Assembly (NCBI GenBank): GCA_002633005.1
Contig: NMRA01000810.1
Span: forward strand, 71,845 to 135,844
Length of the DNA: 64,000 nt
Source: Phoronis australis
Taxonomy: Eukaryota > Animalia > Phoronida
Reading direction: 5' to 3'
The notes under the pieces were generated by a model. The model saw only the letters and a list, made by a program, of their open reading frames with translations. It searched no databases and had not been told where the DNA came from. The first letter of the stretch is position 1; each line of letters opens with the position of its first letter. Shown here in pieces: positions 1-12,316 of the stretch. Made by a program: the position numbers and the translations under genes.

Positions 1-892
1 TCTGAATTAAATCACAAGTTTGAATTAAACAAGAAGTATGTTTTATGCTCCAGCCAGCACTGGAAAGCCTTGAATCTTCTGTTACTTCTAGCAATGATCG
101 TCGATTTAATTACCTGATGTCACTGGCTATCAATTCACTGAAGCTGTAACTTGGATGACTTTGTAAGTGCGACTCAACTGTAACTTTAACTCAAGTCAAC
201 TTCAAGTGACTGTCACTAACCCTTCCTTATAGTCTCTCACACTGTTATGGATTTTTCACCAATTCATGTTCATTCTAGAATTGTTCAGAAGGTTCCCAAT
301 CCTTTATTGACATTAGACTGTTCCAGGTTACGGATCTATATTAAACCCTGATATGTTGAAATCTGCTGACTGAGTATTTTGTTGTGAACAAATTACATCA
401 TCTCTGGCCTGACATCATAGGTCATCTCAATCAAATGATTTCTGCTAGTTAACAGATACAGCAACAAAATAAAACTTACACATGGGCGGCGCAGCACTGA
501 AAAAGTGGGGGTCTAAAGCCCCCTCGGCCCCGCTGTAGTGCACTGCTTATAGACCATGTGCAGCTTAGCACTGAAAAAGTGGAGGGCTATAGCCCCCAGC
601 CCCCTATGGTGCGCAACCCATTGTAGCAAGGAGTGTAATAATATAGTAAACTCCTTGCTTATAGTACTGAAACCAGTGTCTGTCTTCTCCTGAAAAAGGA
701 TTGTGATTTCTATTGAGTACCGGTTAATGACTTATTTATCATCTCATGATGAAGAGTAGAACACACCACTAGTTGCAATAATCTTGGGTCGATCACTGGA
801 AGTGCCCCATGTGCTGTTTCTAATGTGTTTTCATCACAACTGGTACACATTCATCTTTTGCACTAAGCCTTGGCAATACCGTTTTAGCTTAC

Positions 893-1094
893 CCCCATTT
901 GTGCCGTCCACCATAAAAACAGTTTCCTTGATTTCCAGAATTCCATCGACAGGTCCAGGGTCAGTACACGCGCTGCCATTAAAGTGTATTGTCCAACGAC
1001 CCCAACCAGGAAGGGTACCGAACACCATAAACGCACCGGCAAGAAATATGACGCGAACCGCAGTGTCGCCTGCTCGCTTCTCAAACTCGTGAGA
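893..1094 (-). CDS. Gene A exon 6: core of CTHRC1-like domain 2 (gene continues beyond window start)
   Basis: CTTATTCAG acceptor, GTAAGC donor; 202 nt, phase 0->1; SHEFEKRAGDTAVRVIF...GRWTIHFNGSACTDPGPVDG. Confidence 0.85.
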
Positions 1095-1421
1095 CTGAAT
1101 AAGACATGGAATATCATTAAAACATGTCAACCTAAGCATGACTGCATAAATCCATCGGCATCGTTACTACTTTTATCACATTTTTGTCACTCTCGTCAGT
1201 TGCTAGTACTGTAATTTCGATAATAGATGTCGCTATCGACATTAACCACTCTGTTAAAGTTCACAAATAGCCACAATTGCGGACAGTGTCAGCATATCTT
1301 AAAAATGGATTAGGCAAGGGAGAACTTGCTGAATCCTACATTCCGTGAACACCGACAAGATTGTTTAACTATTCAGATGCATAACATATGTGTCTCACTT
1401 TTAAACATTAAAGTGTCCTAC

Positions 1422-1507
1422 CCAAAGAGTTACATCTTTGCCGGCGTTGCCCCTCCAGGACCAAGTTTTTTGTTGAACATTGAATCTCGCATGTGAAGGA
1501 CATGTTC
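1422..1507 (-). CDS. Gene A exon 5: start of CTHRC1-like domain 2
   Basis: TTTCTTTTCAG acceptor, GTAGGA donor; 86 nt, phase 1->0; GTCPSHARFNVQQKTWSWRGNAGKDVTLW (NxxQxxW motif). Confidence 0.8.
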
Positions 1508-3184
1508 CTGAAAAGAAATGGATAAAATGGACTATGGAAGTATGCTTCAGGAAATAACAAAAAGTTTTGAACCGCCTTGTCTACGGCGGATATCAATACT
1601 GTATATAGTGATTGAAAATAGTAATTGCATATTACACGTGCAAGATATTCTGGCTTTGTTGATTATCGAGTCTCTTTCTAATTGTTCACCGAGATGGTGT
1701 TGAAGAGGCAGGAATAAAGAAGACAGAAGAGGACAAAATTAATGCTTGATCGATATTGATAAAACAACCTTCCGTTGTTGTAGCAAACTCATTGGGTATA
1801 TTAATTTTAATGTAGAGAAAATACAATCAAAGATCGTGACTTAGATTCCCGACAGGCAAATTCAACTTTGTCAAACTCCGCCACCAGCAAGTTGCCAACG
1901 TTATCGCCCTTTCCGTGGCGCCAGATTTCAAGTTTCCCTCTTTCGTCACCACTTTTGCACAGTTGTCGCCGCCAATTTTGCCCTCCCATTTGTTTGGCTG
2001 TTGCACGCCTGTATTTGGGGATCGTCAGATATGCAATTTCTCAAATAATAAACTCCATCAAAACTCACTGAAGCATCAATTTTTACAAAATTCGCTTGTG
2101 ATTGGCAAAAATCAGCTTTGAATGGGAAGTTTCGAGTCCGACAAGCACCATCCAGACAGGAACAGCATAGGAGAGAGAATATCCCTGTTACGGTAATTTA
2201 AACAAAAAGAACCACTTTTCAGTAACCCTGATCTAAATTAATATCTATTTACTTATTTACAAACATGATAACAAGTTACGCAAAACTTGGGACGAAGACA
2301 GGGTCGAACGTCCGCACCAACAGTCCAAAACTTGAAACTTGCGGCATCTTCAGTCTTCACTACCAAGGCAAGGCGTCCCCACTTGTTCCGTTGACTCCCC
2401 AAGTCCACCAAAATAATAGTCAAGTTCCATACACAAAACGCAGCTGTCCGCACCGAAGCAAAGTCTCACCACATGAACAAATAACGTTCAGTATTTCGAA
2501 AAGTAGAAAGAAAACATTAAGTCCAGCCTCAGTGTTCAGATAAAGCATGATACACGTCTGCTCACCATCAGCGACCAAATAGAACTCCGATAAAACTCAA
2601 AAGTGCCCCCTAGCGGGAATACCTAACATACAATTCCACAAGGGGGTTGGGGACATATCTAGAAATTTTCAGAATGCACCCGTCTTAACGCCACTTCTGG
2701 CTTATTTCAATTTAGGAGTGCATATCGCCCTTCGAAAGATTAGAGAAATCTCAGTGTATTATAGTCCACATTTCGTGTTCTCTAAAATTAGTACCCTTAC
2801 TGTACTTTTAGAAATTACAATGGGAACTTTGAGTGTATCAAGCTCTCCTGAGTCTCTTTGAAATGGACTTACATGTATATCCATAAGAACGAAACTGTTT
2901 TTAAATGGTACTGCTGAAATGTTTCAAAATCTGGGATTCGAGGACACTCAAGATTTAAATAAAACACTGCTAATTGAAAAATAAATTATTTTTAATCTCG
3001 ATTTATCCCTCTGTTTCGCTGTGTCTTGTTTTTATATCTTCCCGTAATTTGGCTGTCACCAGGAAAAAGTTTTGGATTTTGCACAGACACCTTCAAATCA
3101 TGAGAGGTAGGGATCTTTCCACATGTCTGATACAGAGGCAGTGAATTAAATAGCTCTGCAAATGGGCCAATCCTAACAGCTTAC

Positions 3185-3349
3185 CTTTCGTCTTCCTCAT
3201 GTCATTTTCTTCGAGTGTAATCGACAGTCCAATCTGGTCTTCTAATGGCCATCCAGTGCTGTGTTCTGGAGAATCACCTACTGAACATGGCTCGACGGCA
3301 AACTGCACTTCTGTTGTTCCCACCAAAATGTCGTCACAGATTCCATCGA
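3185..3349 (-). CDS. Gene A exon 4: end of CTHRC1-like domain 1
   Basis: CAG acceptor, GTAAG donor; 165 nt, phase 1->1; IDGICDDILVGTTEVQFAVEPC...HSTGW...ITLEE matches CTHRC1 EGxCxG..G.V.V.....C....TGW...IIIEE. Confidence 0.85.
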
Positions 3350-3589
3350 CTGTCGCAGAGAATGTTCATCGTTAGCACTTTCAATGAATTGTTTCATCAT
3401 ACCACACGAATTAGAGGAAAGGTTTCGGAAATATCTTGCACTTAATGTAATTTTTCACGCAAATGTCACGTCTCGTGCCAATTGACCTATCGCCAGGATT
3501 TTGACTGTCGGCTAAACTGACTAATCAGAACGCAGCATTTTTGACACACCTTCGTCTGCGTTTCCAATCTTCTATTTTATTCGACAAAT

Positions 3590-4230
3590 AACACGTTGTC
3601 GGATAGAGATAATTTTAGTCTATGGCTCAGCAAATTGTGTAATACGAATGGTGAAACGGTGTTGCTATGGCGTGTGTAATTCCGACAGTCGTTATGCAGC
3701 TCGAAAAGAATATCCCGTCATTTTTGGATATTCCATAAGACGAAAAATGATGTCGAAAGTTGTAAACGATGGATCCAACTGTTCCGACGGCCACACGAGC
3801 AGCTGAATTTGATTAATCTAAGGCTAAACAAAACTATATTTGTTCTAAGGTACGTACATTTCAGTTTGATGGCAATAGTGTAGGCCTATCTGAATTTGAC
3901 CCCTTAGTTTCAATCGTCTAGCCGCCTTTGTCTCAACACCCACTGCACCAATTACGGCTAATTCCGTGCAATAACTTGACTTTAAAGCACCCCTGGACCT
4001 ACCTGAGCTAGCTGTTTGCCTAGGGCAACATGAGTGTGCATGTGAGCTATGAATCTAAGTTTTTAAAGAAAGTATTTTGCTCGAAAGGTTAGAAAAGCAT
4101 AAACGGTGTACCGATTCAACCTACTTCTGGCTTTACACACGGAATCTTATGTAAATTTCATTTGGTGAAATTTAGCAGACGGCAGGATAAAAATATCCGT
4201 GAATCTTCATTGATTTCGTTCAAAATATAC
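3590..4230 (+). mobile_element. Degenerate THAP-domain DNA transposon fragment, copy 1
   Basis: From 3648 MVKRCCYGVCNSDSRY...RWIQL.RRPHEQLN...YICSK with frameshifts; homologous to 19330-19980. Confidence 0.65.
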
Positions 4231-6423
4231 TGCTCTTCGAAAAGCTTTGCCTATTGAACCCAAAGCAAGTGTCGGCATACTTGTACATTTTAGCCTATAT
4301 GAATGTTTAGCGTGACGTCATTTTGACTTCATGACGTTTTGAACCCAGTGTGACGGCATGTCTATTCATATTTTCGGGTCCAACTTGTGTCAACTACAGC
4401 CATAACACGTCATCACCAAACACCCGAATACTCAGTTATGTATACATTTAAGGATTGGTTTGTTAAAGACTGGAGTGCAAGAACTCGTTAGGCCTTTAAG
4501 TAAAGATTAATTTAACAGAAGTAGACGTGTCAGGGGTTTGAAGCGTGCACCGTTGCCGAGCCGGCTTAAACGTGAGCTGCGTTGTAGAAATGGAAGCACA
4601 ACGCGTCAAACTTGAACTTGTTGCAAGGTCAATGATTGTGCTACAATTTTCCGACTTATTCACCCTTTTTGTACGCTCATATATTTTTTGAAGAAATGCT
4701 GCAGTGCTAAAGCTTATGACATATTTTTCCGGTACAATGCAAGTCGTTATCGGGTCTATCCGTGCACCGTGGCACCACAGGACGGATCTGCATATCGGCA
4801 ATTGAGACAAAGTTTCATCAATTCAATTTCAAACACTTTTACTGTAGGTGATGGAAATTCACCATCAGCATTTAAACATGTCTCGATAAGACTTTCTAAA
4901 TTGAAAAACGCTCTCCTCTGTGGGTTATACTTGTCGAGCACAGGATTGGCAAGTTAATAAAAAAACTGATAGCTGAATTTGAACAATCTTCGGAGAGCGT
5001 GACACAATGTACATGTACATACCGGTATACATGTATATCGTTTGTTCGCAATAGAATTGTTTAGACCTCTGCAAGAAGTTGGATGATCAGCTTTTTCAAG
5101 AAAATTTTCTTTAACAGTGTTCTGGGGACTGTTTTGGGAAAATCACTCCTTGTAAAGTAAACAATATCTTGGAGAAAATATAATTTTTACACACAAAAGT
5201 TAATCCATATAGGACCACGAGCTGCTACCCACAAAAACACAATGCCAACAGCCTTAGTTTTAGTTCTTGTGATGAATATACATATTTGATGTCATTGCAA
5301 CCTACATGTAGCTTCATTGAATCAGTAAAGTTATGGCACACCTTGCACCAGGCCAACCAACTTATTTGTGTTAGTTGTCATGGCAACATTTTAAGGATTT
5401 TCAAAATAGCTCTTCAGGTTTTGACATACAAAAAATAAATTTGGGAACTCTATTGTACTAGATGCAGACAACCTTTATGTGGCTAAAACTATTTCAATTT
5501 TCCGGACTTGCTTTTTAGTGTATTAGTTATGGTACACTTGTAATAGTTGATGTTGTCTTTTCTTCAGCTTGTTCACATTCTTTGAAATATTGTTCGCCGG
5601 TGGTGTGCAGCTTATTGTATTACAAGTACTTTCCCATGTAATCGGTGCATTTTCAAGTATTCGGATATAGGTAGGACCTACTGTAAAATGCTTTGAGCAT
5701 GTGTGCATGCCTTCTGACATGAGTGTTTTCAAGTCTAGAAGTGCTAATCTTGGCCGTGAACAAATTAGCTCCCATATGTTTAATTAGAAAATTCAAGTCT
5801 CTTTGTATGGTTTTCATTCATCGTACATGTACATGTATATGATATGGCTCTCGTCCTGATTTTGAATAGTCACGATGACAACCTTGCATATTTCAGCTTC
5901 GCGATAGTTCAACGAGGGTCACTGTAACTATTTGGCCAGTGGTTGATCTTGCGATAGAAACAACAAAATTGTTGATAGTGGCATGCTAACTCTTGAGTTC
6001 ACCCTGCCAGTTTAAGTACAATGCAAGATCATTATATCTAAGCTTACATTTCAAGATACGAGAAGACGCTACTTGGTGTGAACATGCCATGTTGACTGAA
6101 AAGAGACGACGTGGCAATCTGAGCTGAGCAACCTTTGCTTCAAGTACTGGTTTAGGCCATGAATAAAGTTGGTTATAGTCTTAACACTAGTCATGTTGAG
6201 ATATGTGGGTCATGAAAAAACAACCGTTGGTATCAATAACAGCCACGGTTTCGTGTTTTTTAAGCTGCTCAAAGACACGTAAAGAAAATAAAGCAAAGTT
6301 TGAAAATACCTGTCTAAACACAAATATTAAATATACCATAACAATGTCAACAATTGTGTTTTGATTTGGGCCACTTTAACGCCAATTTGTAATAATTGTA
6401 GAAATAGGAAATGCAGCACTTAC

Positions 6424-6610
6424 TTCTAGAAGAGTGGTACCGATTCGTGGACGCGTAATTTGCCCACACTGCTTCAATTGGACCCGGATTCCTACACGGT
6501 TGCCCGTTGATGAGAAAGAACCAATAAATGCACGCGTTCCTCGAACTAAGAACGCCTCGAAATTGCACGTGCAGTGACGTGTGGTTTAGTTTCTTCTCAT
6601 ACTTTAAGTT
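6424..6610 (-). CDS. Gene A exon 3 (copy b)
   Basis: 187 nt with intact CAG/GTAAGT sites; NLKYEKKLNHTSLHVQFRGVLSSRNACIYWFFLINGQPCRNPGPIEA. Confidence 0.8.
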
Positions 6611-7705
6611 CTGCAAATATTAATAATAGTCGGTTTCACAGTTTTATTATTGTTAATATGATATTCACTTTCCGAAAAACAAATGCCACATGCATTGTAT
6701 TATCCCAGTCAGTGCTGCAGCTTGTCAAGAGGCATGTAAGCGTGCTTTCTACAATAGTAAAATAATTATCGACACGGTGGAGAACTCTTTGCAAGCGAAC
6801 AAAACGCGTTTAAAGATGCATGGAACACAAAAACTTGTAAAAATATCTTTGTAACAGATCGTGACGAATCTACTTCTTGGAGATGCTGGAGGGTTGTTAT
6901 CTCTGAATACTGCAAGAATCTCCTGAAAAATCGCCAGATTCACTTTTTTTGAAACACAGGCGTAACAGTTGATTTCTTTCATCCTAATACAGTTTTCTGC
7001 ATATTATATACGCGCGCATGCGCTTAAAGAAGTCGGACTCGCTGCTGCTTGAAATTGCCATTCTTTTGTTTACGTCCAATGGTTAAACGTGAAGGAGAGG
7101 GATGGAGAGGGAGAGAGATAGGGAGAGGGAGAGGTCAATCGTCACATTTTCCATATGAGGGATATGTGTCACGTCTATATCTTGCCATACCAAATAAGAC
7201 GTGCTTTGCCGTGTTAGAGAAAAATCAACAAAGTTACGAGCAGGTGACAGAACCAATCTTATGAAATTTAAAATTAAAGTAAAATGTTTTATCATCAACA
7301 GAAATTGAAAATCTTAACCAGCAAACTGTTACAATACCTGGAGACCAGTTTAACTTAAGTTTCAGTGGCGGAGAACTCTGAATAATGCCGTTCAGACTAT
7401 TTTTCTCGTCCTACACTGTACGCCCCTTTAAGGAAAGGTTTTACTTCGGACAGCGACTTCACAAAACTTCAGTTAAACTGTTATGCCTAGAAAACATTAG
7501 GTCGAACGAGGCGTTGTTGTTTAGCAATAGCATCGTGTAGATACTGCTGTTGCATTTTGAGCTTATGCTTTACATGTAGACGTACTGTGCTAGTACACTT
7601 ATTGCCGATGAACTACATTCGTTTGGTTTTGCTTATCACACCAAATCTTCCGCAAAGTAAACGTAGGATACGTGTATAGTGTAGTTATGTATACAAAATA
7701 CGAAC

Positions 7706-7800
7706 CATAAGAATCTCCGATCTCTTGGTTGAATAGAAACCAGGGTAATAAAAGTGTTGGACGTTGGTGGCGCCAGTGTCCGTACACCTCTCTGTGGTCT
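7706..7800 (-). CDS. Gene A exon 2 (copy b)
   Basis: 95 nt with intact CAG/GTTCGT sites; one substitution (I/M) versus copy a. Confidence 0.7.
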
Positions 7801-8177
7801 CTGAAAACAACAGTAAAAGGACATGATGTACTACTTGCATGATAAGGCCGCTAGGTGGTGACACAGGGGACACGCTATGCAAGGGCTAGAGGTTTTAAAT
7901 CTGCAGCCTGGCCATCGGACTTTCTTTTAAACATACGGCAGTGTACCTGTAATTGTTTTTCGTAATTGCCACACTATTTTTTAGTATTAATGAGAATTAA
8001 ATAATAGGGATGGAATAGGGGTGAAAACAAGTTTTAAACAAAAGCCAATGAAATAAATTTGTAATTTTTTTGAATGCGGAAAGTTTTGCATTCATTTACT
8101 TATTCATTTGCATGAGATACAGAAAATGCTATGAATGGGTATGAGATAAAACCTAAATCCTAATAAAATAATCTTAC

Positions 8178-8302
8178 CAGTGACTGTGCAGTTCGAAGTG
8201 TAGAAGTCCCAGTCCAGGTCGTCCACCAAATTCGGCGAGTCGAGACACGGAAAAAGTCGACACATATTGCTAACCCTGTTGACATTGAAAGTGAAACAAT
8301 CG
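8178..8302 (-). CDS. Duplicate of the 3' part of gene A exon 1 (PAN), cut off at a single N
   Basis: Near-identical to 12019-12143 (DCFTFNVNRVSNMCRLFPCLDS...); sequence stops at N 8303. Confidence 0.6.
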
Positions 8303-10289
8303 NATACAGGTTTCATGCAAGATGAGTAACATTTACTTTCTTATTTTATACAATTTTTCACGTTCCAAGCCACTTTAACAGAAGTAGACGTGTCAGGGGT
8401 TTAAAGCGTGCACCGTTGCCGAGCCGGTTTAAACGTGAGCTGCTTTCTAGAAATGCAAGCACAACGCGTCAAACTTGAACTTGTTGCAAGGTCAATGATT
8501 GTACTACAATTTTCCGACTTTTTTCACCCTTTTTGTACGCTCATATAATGTTTGAAGATATGCTGTTAAAGCTTATGACATATTTTTCCGGTACAATGCA
8601 AGTCGTTATCGGGTCTATCCCAAGATGCACCGTGGCACCACAGGACGGATCTGCATATCGGCAATTGAGACAAAGTTTCATAAAATCGATTTCAAGCACT
8701 TTTACAGTAGGTGATGGAAATTCACCATCAGCATTTAAACATGTCTCGATAAGGCTTTCTAAATTGAAAAACGCTCTACTCTGTGGAATATACTTGTCAA
8801 GCACAGGACTGACAAGTTAATAAAAAACCTGATAGCTGAATTTGAACAATCTTCGGAGAGCGTGACACAGTGTACATGTACATACCGGTATATATCATTT
8901 GTTCGCAATTAGAATTGTTTAGGCCTCTGCAAGAAGTTGGATGATCAGCTTTTTCAAGAAACTTTTCTTTAACAATGTTCTGGGGACTGTTTTGGGAAAA
9001 TCACACCTTGTAAAGTAAACAATATCTTGGAGAAAATATAATTTTTATACACAAAAGTTAATCCAAATAGAACCACGAGCTGCTACCCACAAAAACACAC
9101 ACACTGCCAACAGCCTTAGTTTTAGTTCTTGTGATGAATATGCATATTCGATGTCATTGCAACCTAGCTTCATTGAATTAGTAAAGTTATGGCACACCTT
9201 GCACCAGGCCAACCAACTTATTTGTGTTAGTTGTCATGGCAAGATTTTAAGGATTTTCAAAATAGCTCTTCAGGTTTTGACATACACATTAAATAAATTT
9301 GGGAACTCTAGATGCAGACAACCTTTATGTTGCTAAAACTATTTAAAATTTCCGGACTTGCTTTTTAGTGTATTAGTTATGGTACACTTGTAATAGTTCA
9401 TGTTGTCTTTTCTTCAGGTTGTTCACTTTCTTTGAAATATTGTTCGCCGGTCGTGTGCAGCTTATTATATTACAAGTACAGTACTTCCCCATGTAATCGG
9501 TTCATTTTCAAGTGTTCGGTTATAGGTAGGACCTACTGTAAAATGCGTTGAGCATGTGTGCATGCCTTCTGACATGACTGTTTTCAAGTCTAGAAGTGCT
9601 AATCTTGGCCGTGAACAGATTAGCTCCCATATTTTTAATTAGAAAATTCAAGTCTCTTGGTAAGGTTTTCATTCATCGTACATGTACGTACAGTTATGAT
9701 ATGGCTCTCGACCTGATTTTGAATAGTAACGATGACAACCTTGCATATTTCAGCTTCGCGATAGTTCAACGAGGGTCACTGTAACTATTTGGCTAGTGAT
9801 TGATCTTGCGAGAAAAACAACAAAGTTGTTGATAGTGGCATGCTAACTCTTGAGTTCACCCTGCCAGTTTTAGTAAAATGCAAGATCCTTATATCTAAGC
9901 TTACATTTCAAGATACGAGAGGACGCTACTTGGTGTGAACATGCCATGTTGACTGAAAAGAGACGACGTGGCAATCTGAGCTGAGCAAACTTTGCTTCAC
10001 GTACTGGCTTAGGCCATGAATAAAGTTGGTTATAGTCTTTTTAGAGTTAACACTAGTCATGTTTAGATATGTGGTTCATGAAAAAACAACCGTCGGTATT
10101 AATAACAGCCAAGGTTTCGTGTTTTTTAAGCTGCTCAAAGACACGTAAAGAAAATTAAGCAAAATTTGAAAATACCTGTCTAAACACAAATATTAAATAT
10201 ACCATAACATTGTCAATAATTGTGTTTTGATTAGGGACACTTTAACGCCAATTTGTAATAATTGTAGAAACAGGAAATGCAGCACTTAC

Positions 10290-10476
10290 TTCTAGAAGAG
10301 TGGTACCGTTTCGTGGTCGCGTAATTTGCCCACACTGCTTCTATTGGACCCGGATTCCTACAAGGTTGCCCGTTGATGAGAAAGGACCAACGAGTGCACG
10401 CGTCCCTCGAACTAAGAACGCCTCGAAATTGCACGTGCAGTGACGTGTGGTTTAGTTTCTTCTCGTACGTTAACTT
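10290..10476 (-). CDS. Gene A exon 3 (copy a): core of CTHRC1 C-terminal-like domain 1
   Basis: TTTGCAG acceptor, GTAAGT donor; 187 nt, phase 0->1; KLTYEKKLNHTSLHVQFRG...CTRWSFLINGQPCRNPGPIEA matches the CTHRC1 motif FxK...LRVxFxG...CxRWxFxFNGxECxxPxPIEA. Confidence 0.85.
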
Positions 10477-11545
10477 CTGCAAATATTAATAATAGTCGGT
10501 TACACAAATATGCTATTCACTTTCCGAAAAACAAATGCCACATCCATTGTATTATCCCAGTCAGTGCTGCAGCTTGTCAAGAGGCATGTAAACGTGCTTT
10601 CTACAATAGTAAACTAATTATCGAAACGGCTGAGAACTCTTTGCAAGCGAACAAAACGCGTTTAAAGATGCATGGAACACAAAAACTTGTAAAAAATATC
10701 TTTGTAACAGATCGTGACGAATCTACTTCTTGGAGATGCTGGAGGGTTGTTAACTCTGAATACTGCAAGAATCTCCTGAAAAATCGCCAGAATCACTTTT
10801 TTTAAACACAGGCGTAACAGTTGATTTCTTTCATAATAATACAGTTTTCTGCATAATATTATATACGCGCGCATGCGCTTAAAGAAGTCGGACTCGCTGC
10901 TGCTTGAAACTGCCATTCTTTTGTTTACGTCCAATGGTTAAACGTGAAGGAGAGGGATGGAGAGGGAGAGAGATAGGGAGAGGGAGAGGTCAATCGTCAC
11001 ATTTTCCATATGAGGGATATGTGTCACGTCTACAGTATATCTTGCCATACCAAATAAGACGTGCTTTGCCGTGTTAGAGAAAAATCGAAAAGTTACGAGC
11101 AGGTGAAATTTAAAATTAAAGTAAAGTGTTTTATAATCAACAGAAATTGAAAATCTTAACCAGCAAACTGTTACAATACCTGGAGACCAGTTTAACTTAA
11201 GTTTCAGTGGCGGAGAACTCTGAATAATGCCGTTCAGACTATTTTTCTCGTCCTACACTGTACGCCCCTTTAAGGAAAGGTTTTAGTTCGGACAGCGACT
11301 TCACAAAACTTCAGTTAAACGGTTATGCCTAGAAAACATTAGGTCGAACGAGGCGTTCTTGTTTAGCAATAGCATCGTGTAGATACTGCTGTTGCATTTT
11401 GAGCTTATGCTTTACATGTAGACGTATTGTGCTAGTACACTTATTGCCGATGAACTATTCGTTTGGTTTTGCTTATCACACAAAATCTTCCAGAAAGTAA
11501 ACGTAGGATACGTGTATACTGTAGTAATGTATGCAAAATACGAAC

Positions 11546-11640
11546 TATAAGAATCTCCGATCTCTTGGTTGAATAGAAACCAGGGTAATAAAAGTGTTGG
11601 ACGTTGGTGGCGCCAGTGTCCGTACACCTCTCTGTGGTCT
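11546..11640 (-). CDS. Gene A exon 2 (copy a): start of CTHRC1 C-terminal-like domain 1
   Basis: TTCTTTTCAG acceptor, GTTCGT donor; 95 nt, phase 1->0; ETTERCTDTGATNVQHFYYPGFYSTKRSEILI joins in frame to exons 1 and 3. Confidence 0.75.
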
Positions 11641-12018
11641 CTGAAAAGAACATTAAAAGGACATGATGTACTACTTGCATGATAAGGCCGCTAGGTGGTG
11701 ACACAGGGGACACGCTATGCAAGGGCTAGAGGTTTTAAATCTGCAGCCTGGCCATCGGACTTTCTTTTAAACATACGACAGTGTACCTGTAATTGTTTTT
11801 CGTAATTGCCACACTATTTTTTTAGTATTAATGAGAATTAAATAATAGGGATGGAATAGGGGCGAAAACAAGTTTTAAACAAAAGCCAATGAAATAAATT
11901 TGTAATTTTTTTGAATGCGGAAAGTTTTGCATTCATTTACTTATTCATTTGCATGAGATACAGAAAATGCTATGAATGGGTATGAGATAAAACCTAATTC
12001 CTAATAAAATAATCTTAC

Positions 12019-12316
12019 CAGTGACTGTGCAGTTCGAAGTGTAGAAGTCCCAGTCCAGGTCGTCCACCAAATTCGGCGAGTCGAGACACGGAAAATGTCG
12101 ACACATATTGCTAACCCTGTTGACATTGAAAGTGAAACAATCGTCGTCGAGGAGACACGCATCTCCACACGTCAGCCGAGAAGCAGCGATGACATTTTTG
12201 GCAGTTTCATCGATGATCCTCTTTGACTTGACACGATTGTATGTTCGCTGTCTGTCAAAGGAACTGACTTGGAAAACGCAAGCTGCAAAAAGACATAAAC
12301 GTAAAAAGTTACACAT
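12019..12316 (-). CDS. Gene A exon 1: signal peptide + PAN/apple domain
   Basis: ATG at 12316; hydrophobic leader MCNFLRLCLFAACVFQVSS; PAN-like cysteine pattern CGDAC...CFTFNVNRVSNMC...WDFY; ends at G|GTAAGA donor; 298 nt, phase 1. Confidence 0.85.

Larger units (their letters stand above)
4510..12143. repeat. ~3.8 kb tandem duplication (4510-8302 vs ~8373-12143)
   Basis: Colinear, high-identity copies with small indels, joined near a single N at 8303. Confidence 0.95.

Noticed and set aside
893-12316. Assigning the symbol CTHRC1 to gene A
   Set aside because: No collagen repeat, an extra PAN domain and multiple diverged domains; orthology is not supported.
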